The notes: generated from the letters alone by a model not told the origin. Positions 1-8,508 are shown, counted from the stretch's first letter. The stretch is DNA of 11,560 nucleotides from a virus (IMGVR_UViG_2693429774_000009:1-11560), one strand, 5' to 3'. Made by a program: numbers and translations.

Positions 1-280
1 TTCAAACCACTGAAAAAGAATAGGCGTTTTTTCATCAATGACCTTTAACTCATATTCCTTTCCGGCAAAAGAAACCGTTTGACAGGGTGAACTCTGCACT
101 ATATTTGCTGAGTTATGGAAAGTTGTCCTTATCGGTGAAAGCATTCGTCGTCCTGTTTATCCATATTTTCTTCACAACTAACTCTTTAATCTATTAATTA
201 TATTGGCATACTCAACCACAAAACCTCCAGCAGTTTTGCCATCTTTGCTTTCCTAACAAACATCACCATGACATGACAAC

Positions 281-306
281 AAAAACCGGAGCCGGACTCC
301 GGTTTT
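281..306. terminator. Possible bidirectional rho-independent terminator (stem CCGGAG/CTCCGG, loop CCGGA, A-run 5' and T-run 3')
   Basis: Perfect 6-bp GC-rich inverted repeat at 286-291/297-302 flanked by AAAAA (281-285) and TTTT (303-306). Confidence 0.35.
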
Positions 307-354
307 GTGAAGCTGTCGGGTTACTTCATCCCGCCAATATTTTCCCACGTCCCG

Positions 355-561
<207 letters not shown>

Positions 562-599
562 TTATTGTGCGCTGCGGTGCGCGGTGAAATACCGGTACA

Positions 600-627
600 A
601 AAATGCCCCGCATCTGCGAGGCATTTT
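600..627 (-). terminator. Hairpin immediately downstream of the Rz stop, candidate terminator for the late transcript
   Basis: 8-bp perfect inverted repeat AAAATGCC (600-607) / GGCATTTT (620-627) with inner CGCA/TGCG pairing; lies about 40 nt past Rz stop codon on the minus strand. Confidence 0.3.
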
Positions 628-664
628 CCTGAAAGTCACTTGTTAAATTTCAGTGAAATTAAAA

Positions 665-1081
665 TTATTTTAAGCACTGCGTCCTGATGTATTCCTGCAG
701 GTAGTTAACCTGCGCGGTTATCTTGTCGATTCCACCTCGGAGACGGTAATAATTGAGTTCAGCATCTGCTGTAAGTCCTGGGCTTTCTCCATCGCCCATG
801 CTGCTGGCTCCGGTCGTTGACTTTGCACAGGTGGCGGAGACTTGCAGGCGCTTACGCCCAGCAGAAACATCAGCACGGAGACTTTCGATAGTCGCATTAG
901 CATCAGCAAGCTCCTTTGTGTATCTGGCGTCGAGTTCTGCTACATCACGTTGACGCTTCTGCATGTCAGCGATGATGGATGTGGCTTTGTCGCGCTGGTC
1001 TTTGTAGGCGATGGCGTTATCACGGTAATGATTAACAGCCCATGACAGGCAGAGGATGATGCAAATAACCAGAGCGGAGAT
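665..1081 (-). pseudogene. Rz: Rz i-spanin, 5'-truncated (no start codon; in-frame stop at 1094-1096)
   Basis: Minus-strand frame [32 protein letters not shown]...[22 protein letters not shown]... matches lambda Rz from residue about 8 onward; homology to lambda ends at about 1081 and no ATG precedes it. ORF-track entry 665..964 is the internal-Met part. Confidence 0.75.
718..909 (-). CDS. Rz1: Rz1-like o-spanin lipoprotein embedded in the +1 frame of Rz
   Basis: 63-aa [38 protein letters not shown]...: signal peptide, lipobox V-S-A-C, proline-rich mature part, fully nested inside Rz as in lambda. Confidence 0.6.
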   Translation of the reverse strand: MLMLMRLSKVSVLMFLLGVSACKSPPPVQSQRPEPAAWAMEKAQDLQQMLNSIITVSEVESTR

Positions 1082-1151
1082 AGAGGAACAGAGTTAAAAA
1101 GCCGGAAGCGGAATCAAATCACAGGATGACCATCTGCCAGTGGCAGGTCAT

Positions 1152-1178
1152 AAAAAAAAGGCTGCGCAATGCGCAGCC
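1152..1178 (-). terminator. Rho-independent terminator for minus-strand transcripts leaving the cargo cassette
   Basis: + strand AAAAAAAA (1152-1159) then GGCTGCGC (1160-1167), loop AAT, GCGCAGCC (1171-1178); on the minus strand this is an 8-bp GC stem followed by a U-run. Confidence 0.5.
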
Positions 1179-1607
1179 AGAACTCACAAGGAAAATGATA
1201 AAAGGAATAACACTAGTGATGTACGCATGGCGCCTCCCGCTAAGTTCTGCAATGATCAAACAGAACTCGCTACGTGCCCTTAAAACTCGATCATTTAGCC
1301 CCTCCAAGGAGGATTCACCATGCGGTTGATTTTTTAATAAACAGTAAACAAAAAAGTCAAGAATTATTCATTCTGTTCTTTCATCATCGGCCACAGCAAT
1401 ACCACAATGCCGCAGACCAGAGCGCCATCAGTCAGTACCAACATTATCCTGCTGGTGAAATCCATCATCACCATCACTAAAAGCAGGATCACAACAGCAA
1501 GCAGACACAGTTTATAAAACAATGTTCAGAAAACGCATTCAGCATGCCTAAGGTTCTATTCCTACGAATAGCCAACTTGCAACTTAAAATATTATTTATG
1601 CAGCCAA

Positions 1608-2366
1608 TTAAATTCTGGTCCTTACAATATCAACCTGAAGATTCTTATATTGTGCTGATTGATAAATGACAAACCTTTTACTACCTGCATTGAAAGAAGT
1701 AGACAAAACCAGACAATTATCATAACGAGCAAGAACATAATACCAACCATCATTATAATTAATCATTTCATATTCTTTCTTAAACTGTGGTTTGTAATAT
1801 CCTGTCAGAAATGAAAAAAGCCAAAAATATGCCACAAAAGCAATCATCACAATCTCAAAAAAATGTTTTTTTATAAATGGCTTATCATAGAAGCATGATA
1901 CCGATAAAAATCGCCCATAAGATCTTATCGAAATTGTAACCGCCAGCGCAATCGCTGCTGACAGTAGCAAAAGAGGTACCTGAATCTTCTGTCTCAATAT
2001 AGAAAACTCAATAATTGCCGGCACAAACAATAATTCCACAGCAAAATAAAGGCGAAATACATTTAGCTCTTGCATAGAATGTTTTCTTTTCACTGCGAAA
2101 AAGAATACAACACCAATACCCCAACCGATAAGAAATATAGCAATGACGATAACTGCAAAAAATAAACTTCTGGCAACATCATCAACACCTGCACCTACAA
2201 TCCACCATGGGAAGCCGTAGTAAAAAGAAGTACCCCATCCATAGAAATAAGCACTCCCCCATCCAAGGCATCCCATGTAGGCAATAAAAAGTGAAGAACT
2301 CCTGAGCAGCGCACCATCCTTCATAACCACCCCAATACAAGATGATAACATTGGCTTACAACTCAT
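1608..2366 (-). CDS. Hypothetical polytopic inner-membrane protein (about 5 predicted TM helices, aromatic-rich, about 55-aa soluble C-terminal tail); late-operon cargo
   Basis: 252-aa ORF, AT-rich relative to flanking phage genes; hydrophobic segments e.g. SLFFAVIVIAIFLIGWGIGVVFFFAV, VPLLLLSAAIALAVTISI, FEIVMIAFVAYFWLFSFLTGYY; located directly downstream of Q and the pR'-like promoter where lambda has S/R. Start may be the internal Met at 2324 (GGGGTGG RBS). No family recognised. Confidence 0.6.
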   Translation of the reverse strand: MSCKPMLSSCIGVVMKDGALLRSSSLFIAYMGCLGWGSAYFYGWGTSFYYGFPWWIVGAGVDDVARSLFFAVIVIAIFLIGWGIGVVFFFAVKRKHSMQELNVFRLYFAVELLFVPAIIEFSILRQKIQVPLLLLSAAIALAVTISIRSYGRFLSVSCFYDKPFIKKHFFEIVMIAFVAYFWLFSFLTGYYKPQFKKEYEMINYNDGWYYVLARYDNCLVLSTSFNAGSKRFVIYQSAQYKNLQVDIVRTRI

Positions 2367-2532
2367 AACAAAAGCAATTCAATGCCGTCAAGAGGTTACA
2401 GGCTAAAAAAACTCTATTACATAGCAGCCAGCATGTTTACCGTACAAGTACAACTCAGGGCATAAAAACTACTCGGCGGCAGGTTATTGAGACTCATCAA
2501 TGACATGTAAAAAACGCCCATTATTGGTGTCA

Positions 2533-2561
2533 AGTTTCCCCAAAGTTATTCAAAAAGTCAA
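2533..2561 (-). promoter_or_regulatory. pR'-like late promoter (Q-utilisation region) reading leftward into the cargo cassette
   Basis: Minus strand reads TTGACTTTTTGAATAACTTTGGGGAAACTTGACACC, closely resembling lambda pR' TTGACTTATTGAATAAAATTGGGTAAATTTGACTC; -35 TTGACT at 2556-2561, -10 homologue 2533-2538. Homology to lambda is lost a few tens of bp downstream. Confidence 0.45.
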
Positions 2562-2603
2562 TATTATGCCGTTAATATGTTGCCATCCGTGGCAATCATG
2601 GCG

Positions 2604-3227
2604 CTAACGTGTGATCGCATTCAAAATGTTGTCTGCGATTGACTCTTCCTTGTGGCATTGCACAACCAGAGCGTCATACAGCGGCTTAACAGTGCGTGAC
2701 CAGGTGGGTTGGGTAAGGTTTGGGATTAGCATCGTCACAGCGCGATATGCGGCGCTTGCTGGCATTCTTGAATAACCGACGCCTTTACATCTTCCGCACT
2801 CTTTCTCAGCAACTCTCCCCCACAGCTCTGTTTTGGCTATATCAACCGCACGGCCTGTACCGTGGCAATCTCTGCATCTTGCGCCCGGCGTAGCGGCACT
2901 ACGGCAATAATCCGCATAAGCGAATGTTGCGAGCACTTGCAGTACCTTTGCCTTAGTATTTCCTTCAAGCTTTGCCACGCCACGGTATTTCCCCGATACC
3001 TTGTGTGCAAATTGCATCAGATAGTTGATAGCCTTTTGTTTGTCGTTCTGGCTGAGTTCGTGCTTACCACAGAATACAGCCATTCCGAATCCGGCTTGTG
3101 ATTGCGCCATCCCCATAGCAGCCATCACATCAGTACCGGAAAGAGAGTCAGAAGCCGTGGCCCGTGGTGAGTCGCTCATCATCGGGCTTTTTGGCGAATG
3201 AAATTTAGCTATGCTTTCGAGTCTCAT
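2604..3227 (-). CDS. Q: Late-gene antiterminator Q (lambda-type, 207 aa)
   Basis: [94 protein letters not shown]... is essentially lambda Q including the Cys-rich zinc-binding region. Confidence 0.95.
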   Translation of the reverse strand: MRLESIAKFHSPKSPMMSDSPRATASDSLSGTDVMAAMGMAQSQAGFGMAVFCGKHELSQNDKQKAINYLMQFAHKVSGKYRGVAKLEGNTKAKVLQVLATFAYADYCRSAATPGARCRDCHGTGRAVDIAKTELWGRVAEKECGRCKGVGYSRMPASAAYRAVTMLIPNLTQPTWSRTVKPLYDALVVQCHKEESIADNILNAITR

Positions 3228-3586
3228 GCGCCTTCTCCCTGTACCTGAATCAATGTGAGGTTTCCGCAGAACACTGCGCCAGTATCGATATACATCTGGT
3301 TGGCAAATTTGAGTGGTTTCACTGCTGGCGTATGACCAAAGATGAACGTGTCCGCGCCTTTGATTTCTTTCACGATCCCGTCTTGTGAGTTGCTGATTCG
3401 TTCGCGGTTCCAGATTACCTGCTGATGATCAACTGGCTTTCCAAACTCGTATTTATCACAAGGATAGCAATCCCCCAATTTGAGGGATGTTTTATCCCTC
3501 GTTTTAGGGGATTTTCCCTCGTTTTGAGGGATACACCATTCTGAGATGTTTTTATTTGGTCCAAACATGCCGCCTTGCTGCTTGAT
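3224..3586 (-). pseudogene. In-frame deletion fusion: internal fragment of replication initiator O (ori iteron segment) joined to the C-terminal half of a lambda-type Ser/Thr protein phosphatase (orf221/PP-lambda)
   Basis: Minus-strand frame [42 protein letters not shown] (lambda O, iteron-encoded) continues directly into [78 protein letters not shown] (metallophosphatase C-terminus); ends 4 nt into Q start as in lambda. P, ren and nin genes are absent. Confidence 0.7.
3471..3532. repeat. ori-lambda iterons (three O-binding repeats; fourth iteron and the AT-rich region deleted)
   Basis: Three tandem copies of the reverse-complemented lambda iteron: TCCCCCAATTTGAGGGA (3471-3487), ATCCCTCGTTTTAGGGGAT (3494-3512), TCCCTCGTTTTGAGGGAT (3515-3532); deletion junction falls in the fourth iteron (TATCC at about 3462-3466). 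Confidence 0.8.
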
Positions 3587-3751
3587 AAGAGGGATTGGAT
3601 TCCAAAGTTCTCAATGCTGCTTGCTGTTCTTGAATGGGGTGTCGTCGACGACGACATGGCTCGATTGGCACGACAAGTTGCTTCGATTCTCACCAATAAA
3701 AAACGCCCGGCGGCAACCGAGCGTTCTGAACAAATCCAGATGGAATTCTGA
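3587..3751 (+). pseudogene. cII: cII 3' fragment (residues about 44-97) on the inverted segment
   Basis: + strand translation [54 protein letters not shown]-stop matches the lambda CII C-terminus. Confidence 0.8.
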
Positions 3752-3783
3752 GGTTATTACTGGAACTATCAACAGGAGTCATT

Positions 3784-4077
3784 ATGACAAATACAGCAAA
3801 AATACTCAACTTCGGCAGAGGTAACTTTGCCGGACAGGAGCGTAATGTGGCAGATCTCGATGATGGTTACGCCAGACTATCAAATATGCTGCTTGAGGCT
3901 TATTCAGGCGCAGATCTGACCAAGCGACAGTTTAAAGTGCTGCTTGCCATTCTGCGTAGAACCTATGGGTGGAATAAACCAATGGACAGAATCACCGATT
4001 CTCAACTTAGCGAGATTACAAAGTTACCTGTCAAACGGTGCAATGAAGCCAAGTTAGAACTCGTCAGAATGAATATT
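3784..4077 (+). pseudogene. O: O 5' fragment (N-terminal 98 codons of replication initiator O) on the inverted segment
   Basis: MTNTAKILNFGRGNFAGQERNVADLDDGYARLSNMLLEAYSGADLTKRQFKVLLAILRRTYGWNKPMDRITDSQLSEITKLPVKRCNEAKLELVRMNI matches the lambda O N-terminus with its RBS AGGAGTCATTATG; homology stops at 4077. Confidence 0.8.
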
Positions 4078-4206
4078 CCACCTGCTGATCTGCGACTTAT
4101 CAACTCCCACAGCTTCCGCTGTCTTCTCAGTTCCAAGCATTGCGATTTTGTTAAGCAACGCACTCTCGATTCGTAGAGCCTCGTTGCGTTTGTTTGCACG
4201 AACCAT
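4078..4206 (-). pseudogene. cII: cII 5' fragment (first 43 codons) with native RBS
   Basis: Minus strand ATG at 4204-4206 preceded by GGAAATACTTACAT; MVRANKRNEALRIESALLNKIAMLGTEKTAEAVGVDKSQISRW then diverges at the inversion junction and stops after 7 more codons. Confidence 0.8.
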
Positions 4207-4285
4207 ATGTAAGTATTTCCTTAGATAACAATTGATTGAATGTATGCAAATAAATGCATACACCATAGGTGTGGTTTATTTTGAT

Positions 4286-4317
4286 GCCCTTTTTCAGGGC
4301 TGGGATGTGTAAGAGCG
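4286..4317 (-). promoter_or_regulatory. nutR (boxA CGCTCTTAC and boxB GCCCTGAAAAAGGGC) between cro and cII
   Basis: + strand shows reverse complements GCCCTTTTTCAGGGC (4286-4300) and GTAAGAGCG (4309-4317), matching lambda nutR boxB and boxA. Confidence 0.6.
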
Positions 4318-4325
4318 GGAATGTC

Positions 4326-5678
<1,353 letters not shown>

Positions 5679-5728
5679 TCCCCACCTCAATCTCGATAAC
5701 AAAAAAACAAACTATTTTCCGTTTAAAA

Positions 5729-5796
5729 ACAATGGAGTTTGTTTTTCACGCCCCTTTTTACAATATCTCTTGTTTACAACATACAATCTTCCTTGT
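5729..5796. promoter_or_regulatory. Left operator OL1-OL3 (434 type) with pL reading rightward toward N
   Basis: ACAATGGAGTTTGT (5729-5742), ACAATATCTCTTGT (5760-5773), ACAATCTTCCTTGT (5783-5796), all ACAA-N6-TTGT; possible -35 TTTACA at 5773-5778. Confidence 0.7.
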
Positions 5797-5842
5797 AATT
5801 TTAAGCCATCAGCAGGACGCACTGACCACCATTGAAGGTGAG

Positions 5843-5872
5843 GCTCTTAAAAATTAAGCCCTGAAGAAGGGC
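5843..5872 (+). promoter_or_regulatory. nutL (boxA-like GCTCTTAA and boxB GCCCTGAAGAAGGGC)
   Basis: GGCTCTTAAAAATTAAGCCCTGAAGAAGGGC matches lambda nutL boxA/boxB, located in the N leader. Confidence 0.65.
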
Positions 5873-6029
5873 AGCATTCAAAGCAGAAGGCTTTGGTGTG
5901 TGTGATACGAAACGAAGCATTGGCCGGAAGTGCGAATCCGGATTAGCTGCCAATGTGCCATTGCGGGGTGTTTTCGTTCAGGACTACGACTCCCACACAC
6001 AACCAAAGCTAACTGACAGGAGAATCCAG

Positions 6030-6353
6030 ATGGATGCACAAACACGCCGCCGCGAACGTCGCGCAGAGAAACAGGCTCAATGGAAAGCAGCAAATCCCCT
6101 GTTGGTTGGGGTAAGCGCTAAACCAGTTAACCGCCCTATTCTCTCGCTGAATCGCAAACCGAAATCACGAGTAGAAAGCGCACTGAATCCGATAGACCTT
6201 ACGGTGCTGGCTGAATACCACGAACAGATTGAAAGCAACCTGCAACGTATTGAGCGCAAGAATCATCGAGTTTGGTATAGCAAGCCAGGTGAGTTCGGTA
6301 TAACTTGTCAAGGAAGACAAAAGGTTAAAGGGGAATCCATTCCATTGGCATGA
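6030..6353 (+). CDS. N: Antitermination protein N (lambda type, 107 aa)
   Basis: MDAQTRRRERRAEKQAQWKAANPLLVGVSAKPVNRPILSLNRKPKSRVESALNPIDLTVLAEYH... including the arginine-rich boxB-binding motif; ORF-track call 5898.. starts at a spurious upstream Met. Confidence 0.9.
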   Translation: MDAQTRRRERRAEKQAQWKAANPLLVGVSAKPVNRPILSLNRKPKSRVESALNPIDLTVLAEYHEQIESNLQRIERKNHRVWYSKPGEFGITCQGRQKVKGESIPLA

Positions 6354-7231
6354 GGTACGTAATGAAGAAGATTGATTACAAGTCCATACCAAAACCAATA
6401 GACTCAGCATCAGAGCGAAAAAAACACAAAAAAGAGGCTGAAAAATTAGCAAATTATATCAGTTTTATTAGAAACAATGCTCACGGCGATGGCGACAAGA
6501 AGTTGCTTTCAGATGCTCGGACCCAAGCGTTCGGTATACTTCGTAAGCAGATGCAATATCGTCTTCATCCTGGCTACATAATTGAAATTCGCCCTACTGA
6601 AAGACAATTGTTCTTATTAAACTCTGTCTTTGACTTTGTAAACGTAGTTGGAGATCTTATCGACAGGTCTGTAGATAAGGATCCTGATACAAATAGTTTT
6701 CTTCTAACAAATAAAGAATACTTATATGGTAAATTCGGTATAAACGGATGGCAAAAATATGTACGCTTCTTACGTGCATTCGTTGATGCGTATAAAAATT
6801 CCGACATGATTTATACATATTTGCCTGGTGGTGATAATTGTACGCTTTCGGCAGACAATAGAATATTCATACCTGTACTTGGTCTTGGGCTGATTAATGC
6901 AGTAAATGAAAAAGATGTTATAATTGTTAAGCAGTGGCGAAAATATGAGGGATATAGATATCTGCCATGCTTTGATATATTAAAAATACAGAATAAATTC
7001 TATGTAAAAATTAAATATAAAGAAGATATTTTCTTCCTCAGAAAAAACATAGATCTTTTACAAGAACTTTCTGGTACAATAGATGTCATCTTAGGTTCTA
7101 GGTTTATAAAAGAACTGAAAGAAAGCAGGTCTTTCTCTCGTGTAGAGATAAGCGAGTCAGAGTTATGGGGTATATCAAATAATCCTGTAAACCACGCTCA
7201 CCAACGAAACCCAAACAAAAAGTGGTCATAA
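6350..7231 (+). CDS. Hypothetical protein (293 aa; likely true start at 6362 giving 289 aa), AT-rich cargo gene replacing the lambda ral/sieB region
   Basis: Long ORF with ATG overlapping N stop (ATGA) and a second ATG at 6362 preceded by GAGG; markedly lower GC than flanking N and ea10; Lys/Ile/Asn/Tyr-rich, no TM segments, no motif recognised. Confidence 0.6.
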   Translation: MRYVMKKIDYKSIPKPIDSASERKKHKKEAEKLANYISFIRNNAHGDGDKKLLSDARTQAFGILRKQMQYRLHPGYIIEIRPTERQLFLLNSVFDFVNVVGDLIDRSVDKDPDTNSFLLTNKEYLYGKFGINGWQKYVRFLRAFVDAYKNSDMIYTYLPGGDNCTLSADNRIFIPVLGLGLINAVNEKDVIIVKQWRKYEGYRYLPCFDILKIQNKFYVKIKYKEDIFFLRKNIDLLQELSGTIDVILGSRFIKELKESRSFSRVEISESELWGISNNPVNHAHQRNPNKKWS

Positions 7232-7373
7232 CCCGCTCAGGCGGATTTCATTTTCACGCAAACAACAGAATAAACACAGCGCTGTGTATTCATTCCAACG
7301 AGTGAATACACGGAGCAATGTCGCTCGTAACTAAACAGGAGCCGACTTGTTCTGATTATTGGAAATCTTCTTT

Positions 7374-7400
7374 GCCCTCCAAGATGAGGGCGATTTTTTA
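7374..7400 (+). terminator. Putative rho-independent terminator between the cargo ORF and ea10
   Basis: GCCCTC (7374-7379) loop CAAGAT, GAGGGC (7386-7391) followed by GATTTTTTA. Confidence 0.35.
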
Positions 7401-7419
7401 TCTGTGAGGATATGAACAG

Positions 7420-7788
7420 ATGTCAAACATCAAAAAATACATCATTGATTACGACTGGAAAGCATCAATAGAAATTGAAATCGACCATGACGTAATGACA
7501 GAGGAAAAACTTCACCAGATTAATAATTTCTGGTCAGACTCTGAATACCGACTCAATAAACACGGCTCTGTATTAAATGCTGTATTAATCATGCTGGCGC
7601 AACATGCTCTGCTTATAGCAATTTCAAGCGACTTAAATGCATATGGTGTTGTGTGTGAGTTCGACTGGAATGATGGAAATGGTCAGGAAGGATGGCCTCC
7701 AATGGATGGTAGTGAAGGAATAAGAATTACCGATATCGATACATCAGGAATATTTGATTCAGATGATATGACTATCAAGGCCGCCTGA
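7420..7788 (+). CDS. ea10: Ea10-like protein (lambda early gene, 122 aa)
   Basis: MSNIKKYIIDYDWKASIEIEIDHDVMTEEKLHQINNFWSDSEYRLNKHGS... recalled as lambda Ea10; position upstream of cIII matches lambda. Confidence 0.8.
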   Translation: MSNIKKYIIDYDWKASIEIEIDHDVMTEEKLHQINNFWSDSEYRLNKHGSVLNAVLIMLAQHALLIAISSDLNAYGVVCEFDWNDGNGQEGWPPMDGSEGIRITDIDTSGIFDSDDMTIKAA

Positions 7789-7860
7789 GCGCGGCGTTAC
7801 CGCATACCAATTACGCTTCACTCGAGGCGTTTTTCGTTATGTATAAATAAGGAGCACACC

Positions 7861-8025
7861 ATGCAATATGCCATTGCAGGGTGGCCTGTTGCTGGCTGCC
7901 CTTCCGAATCTTTACTTGAACGAATCACCCGTAAATTACGTGACGGATGGAAACGCCTTATCGACATACTTAATCAGCCAGGAGTCCCAAAAAATGGATC
8001 AAACAATTATGGCTATCCAGACTAA
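7861..8025 (+). CDS. cIII: CIII, FtsH inhibitor stabilising CII (54 aa; below ORF-track size cutoff)
   Basis: ATG at 7861 after AAGGAG; translation [54 protein letters not shown]-stop matches lambda CIII. Confidence 0.85.
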   Translation: MQYAIAGWPVAGCPSESLLERITRKLRDGWKRLIDILNQPGVPKNGSNNYGYPD

Positions 8026-8137
8026 ATTCACTATCGCCACTTTTATTGGCGATGAAAAGATGTTTCGTGAGGCCGTCGACGCTTATAAAAAATGGATATT
8101 AATACTGAAACTGAGATCAAGCAAAAGCATTCACTAA
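7994..8137 (+). CDS. kil: Kil (host killing / FtsZ inhibitor, 47 aa)
   Basis: Internal Met of ORF 7868..8137: [47 protein letters not shown] matches lambda Kil; overlaps cIII 3' end as in lambda. Confidence 0.8.
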   Translation: MDQTIMAIQTKFTIATFIGDEKMFREAVDAYKKWILILKLRSSKSIH

Positions 8138-8508
8138 CCCCCTTTCCTGTTTTCCTAATCAGCCCGGCATTTCGCGGGCGATATTTTCACAGCTATTTCA
8201 GGAGTTCGGCCATGAACGCTTATTACATTCAGGATCGTCTTGAGGCTCAGAGCTGGGCGCGTCACTACCAGCAGATAGCCCGTGAAGAGAAAGAGGCAGA
8301 ACTGGCAGACGACATGGAAAAAGGCCTGCCCCAGCACCTGTTTGAATCGCTATGCATCGGTCATTTGCAACGCCACGGGGCCAGCAAAAAAGCCATTACC
8401 CGTGCGTTTGATGACGATGTTGAGTTTCAGGAGCGCATGGCAGAACACATCCGGTACATGGTTGAAACCATTGCTCACCATCAGGTTGATATTGATTCAG
8501 AGGTATAA
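8092..8508 (+). CDS. gam: Gam, RecBCD inhibitor (138-aa long form; short form would start at 8212)
   Basis: ...[60 protein letters not shown]...[10 protein letters not shown] matches lambda Gam. Confidence 0.9.
   Translation: MDINTETEIKQKHSLTPFPVFLISPAFRGRYFHSYFRSSAMNAYYIQDRLEAQSWARHYQQIAREEKEAELADDMEKGLPQHLFESLCIGHLQRHGASKKAITRAFDDDVEFQERMAEHIRYMVETIAHHQVDIDSEV

Larger units (their letters stand above)
3587..4077. other. Precise 491-bp inverted segment relative to lambda gene order, with breakpoints inside cII and O
   Basis: Inside the segment the cII 3' end and the O 5' end are encoded on the + strand, while the flanking cII 5' end (4078-4206) and the O continuation (3586 downward) are on the minus strand; re-inverting 3587-4077 restores cII ...SRW|KRDW... 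and O ...RMNI|IKQQGG... exactly. Confidence 0.8.

Noticed and set aside
665-1045. + strand ORFs 753-953 and 842-1045
   Set aside because: Antisense to Rz/Rz1, which carry clear homology and lipoprotein features on the minus strand.
1274-1480. + strand 68-aa ORF (GTG start) ending in EIHHHHH, which looks like a C-terminal His tag and could suggest an engineered construct
   Set aside because: Only five His codons, no vector or linker context, and the His run is the reverse complement of an ATG/GTG-rich start region of a minus-strand small ORF; the minus strand is the transcribed strand here (membrane gene and terminator orientation).
3415-3824. ORF-track calls 3415-3696 (minus, 93 aa) and 3546-3824 (plus, 92 aa)
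   Set aside because: Chimeric frames created by reading across the inversion junction and ori iterons; the real coding content is the O and cII fragments annotated separately.
3587-4077. Inverted repeats or invertase (Hin/Gin/Pin-type) recombination sites at the inversion junctions
   Set aside because: No inverted repeat or shared microhomology of more than a few bases is visible at 3586/3587 versus 4077/4078, so a programmed invertase switch is not supported by the sequence; the inversion is reported as a finding without a proposed mechanism.
5878-6093. 71-aa minus-strand ORF over the pL/nutL leader and the N start
   Set aside because: Covers known regulatory sequence (nutL) and the N 5' end in antisense; no support.
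6165-6807. Minus-strand ORFs 6165-6452 and 6574-6807, checked as a possible opposite-strand sieB-like gene (lambda sieB is opposite to N)
   Set aside because: Both overlap strong + strand coding regions (N and the 293-aa ORF), are short, and lack sieB-like hydrophobic segments; judged spurious.
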